A DNA stretch of 32,000 nt from Candidatus Saccharimonadota bacterium (GTDB lineage: Bacteria; Pseudomonadota; Gammaproteobacteria; Enterobacterales; Enterobacteriaceae), in NCBI GenBank assembly GCA_041942055.1, contig CP145874.1, positions 270,001-302,000 of the forward strand, in the 5' to 3' direction. Under the pieces are notes generated by a model that had not been told where the DNA came from, made no database searches, and saw nothing but the letters and a program-made list of their open reading frames with translations. The position numbers and the translations under genes were made by a program. This document shows positions 27,113 through 32,000 of this stretch, one piece after another (within the stretch, counting starts at the first letter, position 1; each line of letters starts with the position of its first letter).

Positions 27113-28408
27113 TCATTTTTTGAATCTCATTACTTTACTAAATGAAATATGATGTCCTAATATTTCTTCAATACGAAGAAGCCGATTATATTTAGCCACT
27201 CTTTCAGATCGACTTAGAGAACCCGTTTTGATTTGAGAGGCTGCTGTTCCTACGGCTAAATCTGCAATTATTGTATCTTCTGTTTCTCCAGAACGGTGAG
27301 ATATAATAACTTCATAACCGGCTAATTGAGCCATTTTTATTGTCTCTAAAGTTTCACTTAAGGTTCCAATTTGATTTAATTTAATAATTATAGAATTAGC
27401 AATATTATTTTGAATACCTTGTTGGAGTTTGTGTTTATTAGTAACAAATAGATCATCTCCAACAATCTGTATTTGATTACCTAAGATTAGAGTTTGGTAT
27501 GCAAAACCTTTCCAATCTGATTCATTTAGTCCATCTTCAATAGATACTATTGGATATTTTTTTGATAATTGTTCAAGATAATGTGTTAGTTCTTTTGAAG
27601 AAAACATTTGTTTTTCACTAGCTAATATATATTTTCCTGATTTATAATCAAAAAATTCAGAAGCAGCACAATCTATTGCAAAGAGAATATCTTTTCCTAC
27701 TATATAACCTGATGTTGTTATGGCATCAGTAATATAATCAAATGCCTCTTGATGCGATCCAATATTAGGCGCATAGCCACCTTCATAACCAACAGCAGTA
27801 TTCATACCCGATTTTCTAAGCACTTTTCCTAAATTATAAAATATCTCACAACCCATCTGCACTGCTTCTTTTATATTAGTTGCCGCAATTGGTATAATCA
27901 TAAATTCTTGAATATCAAGATTATTATTAGCGTGTTTTCCCCCATTAATAATATTTATCATAGGAAGTGGAATCAAATATTTTCCTAATGTTCCATGTAA
28001 TTCTGAAATATATTCATATAGGGCCATTTTTTTTACTAATGCTGCTGCTCTTGCATTAGCTAATGAAACAGCTAAAATAGCATTTCCTCCTAAGTTGGAT
28101 TTATTTTTAGTACCATCCAAATCAATCATGATCTTGTCAATATTTTTTTGATTAATGGCATCTTGGCCTATTATTGCTTTAGCAATGTTATTATTAATAG
28201 TAAAGATAGCTTTTTTTACTCCTTGACCAAAAAACCGTGATGGATCTCCATCACGAAGTTCTAATGCTTCATAAGAACCTCGAGAGGACCCTGATGGAAC
28301 CGAAGCTCTTCCAATTAATCCAGATGCTAAATGAATTTCTGCTTCAATAGTAGGATAACCACGAGAATCTATGATTTCACGACTAATGACTTGGATTATT
28401 TTAGACAT
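27113..28408 (-). CDS. eno: Enolase (phosphopyruvate hydratase)
   Basis: 431 aa, collinear with E. coli Eno. Metal ligands and catalytic residues are present in [37 protein letters not shown] and QIKTGS. Two unusual substitutions in conserved motifs are described under findings. Confidence 0.96.
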   Translation of the reverse strand: MSKIIQVISREIIDSRGYPTIEAEIHLASGLIGRASVPSGSSRGSYEALELRDGDPSRFFGQGVKKAIFTINNNIAKAIIGQDAINQKNIDKIMIDLDGTKNKSNLGGNAILAVSLANARAAALVKKMALYEYISELHGTLGKYLIPLPMINIINGGKHANNNLDIQEFMIIPIAATNIKEAVQMGCEIFYNLGKVLRKSGMNTAVGYEGGYAPNIGSHQEAFDYITDAITTSGYIVGKDILFAIDCAASEFFDYKSGKYILASEKQMFSSKELTHYLEQLSKKYPIVSIEDGLNESDWKGFAYQTLILGNQIQIVGDDLFVTNKHKLQQGIQNNIANSIIIKLNQIGTLSETLETIKMAQLAGYEVIISHRSGETEDTIIADLAVGTAASQIKTGSLSRSERVAKYNRLLRIEEILGHHISFSKVMRFKK

Positions 28409-28439
28409 TTAAATATCTCTTTAATATTATAATAATATT

Positions 28440-30083
<1,644 letters not shown>

Positions 30084-30187
30084 TTAAAATGGAGTAATAG
30101 TATACTGATATCATCATACAATGATAGATATTATCACAGGAATAACTACTTCAATCAACGATAATTATTTTAAAAATTATAAATATC

Positions 30188-31132
30188 ATGAAAAATTCAT
30201 TATATCTCCAACATATTATTTCTATGCAAGATTTTGATACTGAAAAAATTCAGTTAGTGCTTGAAATTACAGCTTATTTTAAATTACATAATAATCCATC
30301 TGATCTATTACGAAATAAAAGTATTGCGGTTTGTTTTTTTGAAACTTCTACACGAACGCGTTTATCTTTTGAAAGTGCTATGCATCGCCTTGGAGGATCT
30401 GTAATAGGATTTTCAGATAGTAGTAATACTTCATTTTATGGAAAAGAAGAAAGTCTTGCTGATACTATTAAAGTTATTAGTTCATATGTTAATGCTATTA
30501 TTATACGTCATCCTGAAGAGGGCGCGGCATTATTGGCAAGTAATGTTTCAGGTGCTGTGCCTATTATAAATGCTGGTGATGGCTCTAATCAACATCCTAC
30601 ACAAACGTTATTAGATCTATTTACTATTTTTGAAACGCAAAAAAGATTATGCAATCTTAATATTGGAATGGTTGGTGATCTGAAATATGGACGTACTATA
30701 CATTCTTTAGCACAAGCTCTATCACAATATAAGGGAAATAGATTTTTTCTGTTATCTACACCTTCATTAAAAATGCCTCAGCATATTATTAATTGGTTCA
30801 ATGAAAAACGAATCCAATGGAGTTACCATACTAATCTCAAAGAAGTACTTGATAAATTAGATATTCTTTATATGACTAGAATACAAAAAGAAAGATTGAA
30901 TCCATTAGAATCTACGTTGTTTTACAACCAGGTACCGTATACTTTATGTGCTAAGGATCTTATTAAGGTACGTAGTAATCTAAAAATTCTACATCCTTTA
31001 CCCCGTTTAACAGAAATATGTATTGACGTAGATAAAACTGACTATGCTTGGTATTTTCAGCAAGCATCTAATGGATTATATACTCGTCAAGCAATATTAG
31101 CGCTAGTTTTAAATAAGGATTTATATTTATAA
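30188..31132 (+). CDS. pyrB: Aspartate carbamoyltransferase catalytic subunit
   Basis: 314 aa. [60 protein letters not shown] and YFQQA.NG...RQA.LALVLN match E. coli PyrB. No pyrI follows. Confidence 0.96.
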   Translation: MKNSLYLQHIISMQDFDTEKIQLVLEITAYFKLHNNPSDLLRNKSIAVCFFETSTRTRLSFESAMHRLGGSVIGFSDSSNTSFYGKEESLADTIKVISSYVNAIIIRHPEEGAALLASNVSGAVPIINAGDGSNQHPTQTLLDLFTIFETQKRLCNLNIGMVGDLKYGRTIHSLAQALSQYKGNRFFLLSTPSLKMPQHIINWFNEKRIQWSYHTNLKEVLDKLDILYMTRIQKERLNPLESTLFYNQVPYTLCAKDLIKVRSNLKILHPLPRLTEICIDVDKTDYAWYFQQASNGLYTRQAILALVLNKDLYL

Positions 31133-31142
31133 CTCCTCAATA

Positions 31143-31985
31143 TTAATTTTTTCTTTGTCCCCGAGTAACTCTTTCATTTTTGCTATAGTCAAGATAAGTT
31201 AAAATATTTTTAAATTGATTCTTTACCATAAGGTTACGTACATCTTTACCCTGTAACCAACTATGTTCTACTAGTAACCATCCAAATGGTTTTAGATATC
31301 TAGTAGCATGAGAAATAATTATTTTTAGATCAAATAAACCATGTTCTTTTGATATTAAAGCAGTTGGAGGTTCAAAACGTAAATCCCCCTGTTGTAAATG
31401 TTCATCAAAAGTATCAATGTAGGGGGGATTACTAACAATAACATGAAATTTTTGATCATTAATTTCCGTAAACCAATTGCTATAAATGAAAGATACGTTC
31501 TCTATATTTAATTTTTTGGCATTTAGTTGTGCTAATAATAAAGCATCTTGATTATTATCAATTCCTAATATAAAACTATACGGGCGTTCAACAGCTATAG
31601 CTAATGCAATAGCTCCTGTACCGGTTCCTAAATCTAAAACTGATACAGCGGTATTATTTGTTATATGTAAGAGTGTTTGTGACACTAAGATCTCAGTATC
31701 AGCACGAGGAATTAAAACCCTTGGAGATACACTAAGAGGCAAAGACCAAAATTCTTGTGTTTCTGTAATATATGCAATAGGTTCTCCCTTCATTCTTCTC
31801 TTCAGAACTGATTGTAATTTTTTTAACTCAGTTGGATTTAATATATATACATCATCAAAAGTTCTTAACCACGTGAAAGATTTGCCTGTAATAAATTCTA
31901 GCAAAATTTCTGCGTCACGTTTTGGAGTATCACTCTGATAATTAAGCATTGATTCAGCAAAATGAAACCAATTTTTAATTTTCAT
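31143..31985 (-). CDS. prmC: Release factor glutamine N5-methyltransferase (HemK/PrmC)
   Basis: 280 aa. P.RDAEILLE..TG, GEPIAY.T....FWSLPL.VSP..LIPR.DTE, LDLGTGTGAIALA.A.ERP, VSNPPYID and GD.RFEP..AL match E. coli PrmC rather than PrmB. Confidence 0.9.
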   Translation of the reverse strand: MKIKNWFHFAESMLNYQSDTPKRDAEILLEFITGKSFTWLRTFDDVYILNPTELKKLQSVLKRRMKGEPIAYITETQEFWSLPLSVSPRVLIPRADTEILVSQTLLHITNNTAVSVLDLGTGTGAIALAIAVERPYSFILGIDNNQDALLLAQLNAKKLNIENVSFIYSNWFTEINDQKFHVIVSNPPYIDTFDEHLQQGDLRFEPPTALISKEHGLFDLKIIISHATRYLKPFGWLLVEHSWLQGKDVRNLMVKNQFKNILTYLDYSKNERVTRGQRKN

Positions 31986-32000
31986 AGAAGATTTATTTAA

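Overview
The window is AT-rich (roughly 30% G+C by eye, not computed) and extremely gene-dense. It reads like the chromosome of a reduced-genome Enterobacterales (gammaproteobacterial) endosymbiont; I cannot name the organism from sequence alone. I can support 26 protein genes, 1 pseudogene and 3 tRNA genes. All were recognised by direct by-eye comparison with remembered E. coli K-12 orthologues. In order they are: nuoN (3' part) | nrdB nrdA | gpmA | clsB relic | yohD-like DedA protein | folD | tRNA-Arg(UCU) lgt thyA recC | rplS trmD rimM rpsP ffh gshA | tRNA-Arg(ACG) tRNA-Ser(GCU) | csrA (58 aa, missing from the ORF track) alaS recA | mutS | rpoS | ispF ispD eno pyrG | pyrB | prmC. The stretch rplS..pyrG keeps E. 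coli gene order (b2606..b2780), with most intervening genes deleted. There is no rRNA, CRISPR array, IS/transposase, integrase, prophage or plasmid-like gene. Every long ORF is either a recognisable housekeeping gene or an antisense shadow ORF inside one. I therefore do NOT find a discrete novel multi-gene system here. The items worth a second look are smaller. (1) A 29-bp perfect palindrome touches the recA ribosome-binding site. (2) RecA lacks its acidic C-terminal tail, and recX and any SOS box are gone. (3) rpoS is well conserved but has lost its nlpD-embedded promoter and leader, and now has a 19-bp palindrome beside its SD. (4) A strand-asymmetric GC-rich hairpin forms an rpoS terminator inside the last codons of mutS. 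(5) recC stands alone, with several Chi-recognition residues substituted. (6) A clsB relic consists of the gene start fused to the second HKD domain, plus a 1-nt frameshift. (7) pyrB has no pyrI or pyrL. (8) Deletions have produced a pyrG-eno-ispD-ispF string without ftsB. (9) Enolase carries substitutions in near-universal motifs. (10) Slippage-prone homopolymers sit inside intact essential genes. All homology statements are by-eye alignments from memory; no database search or statistic was run.
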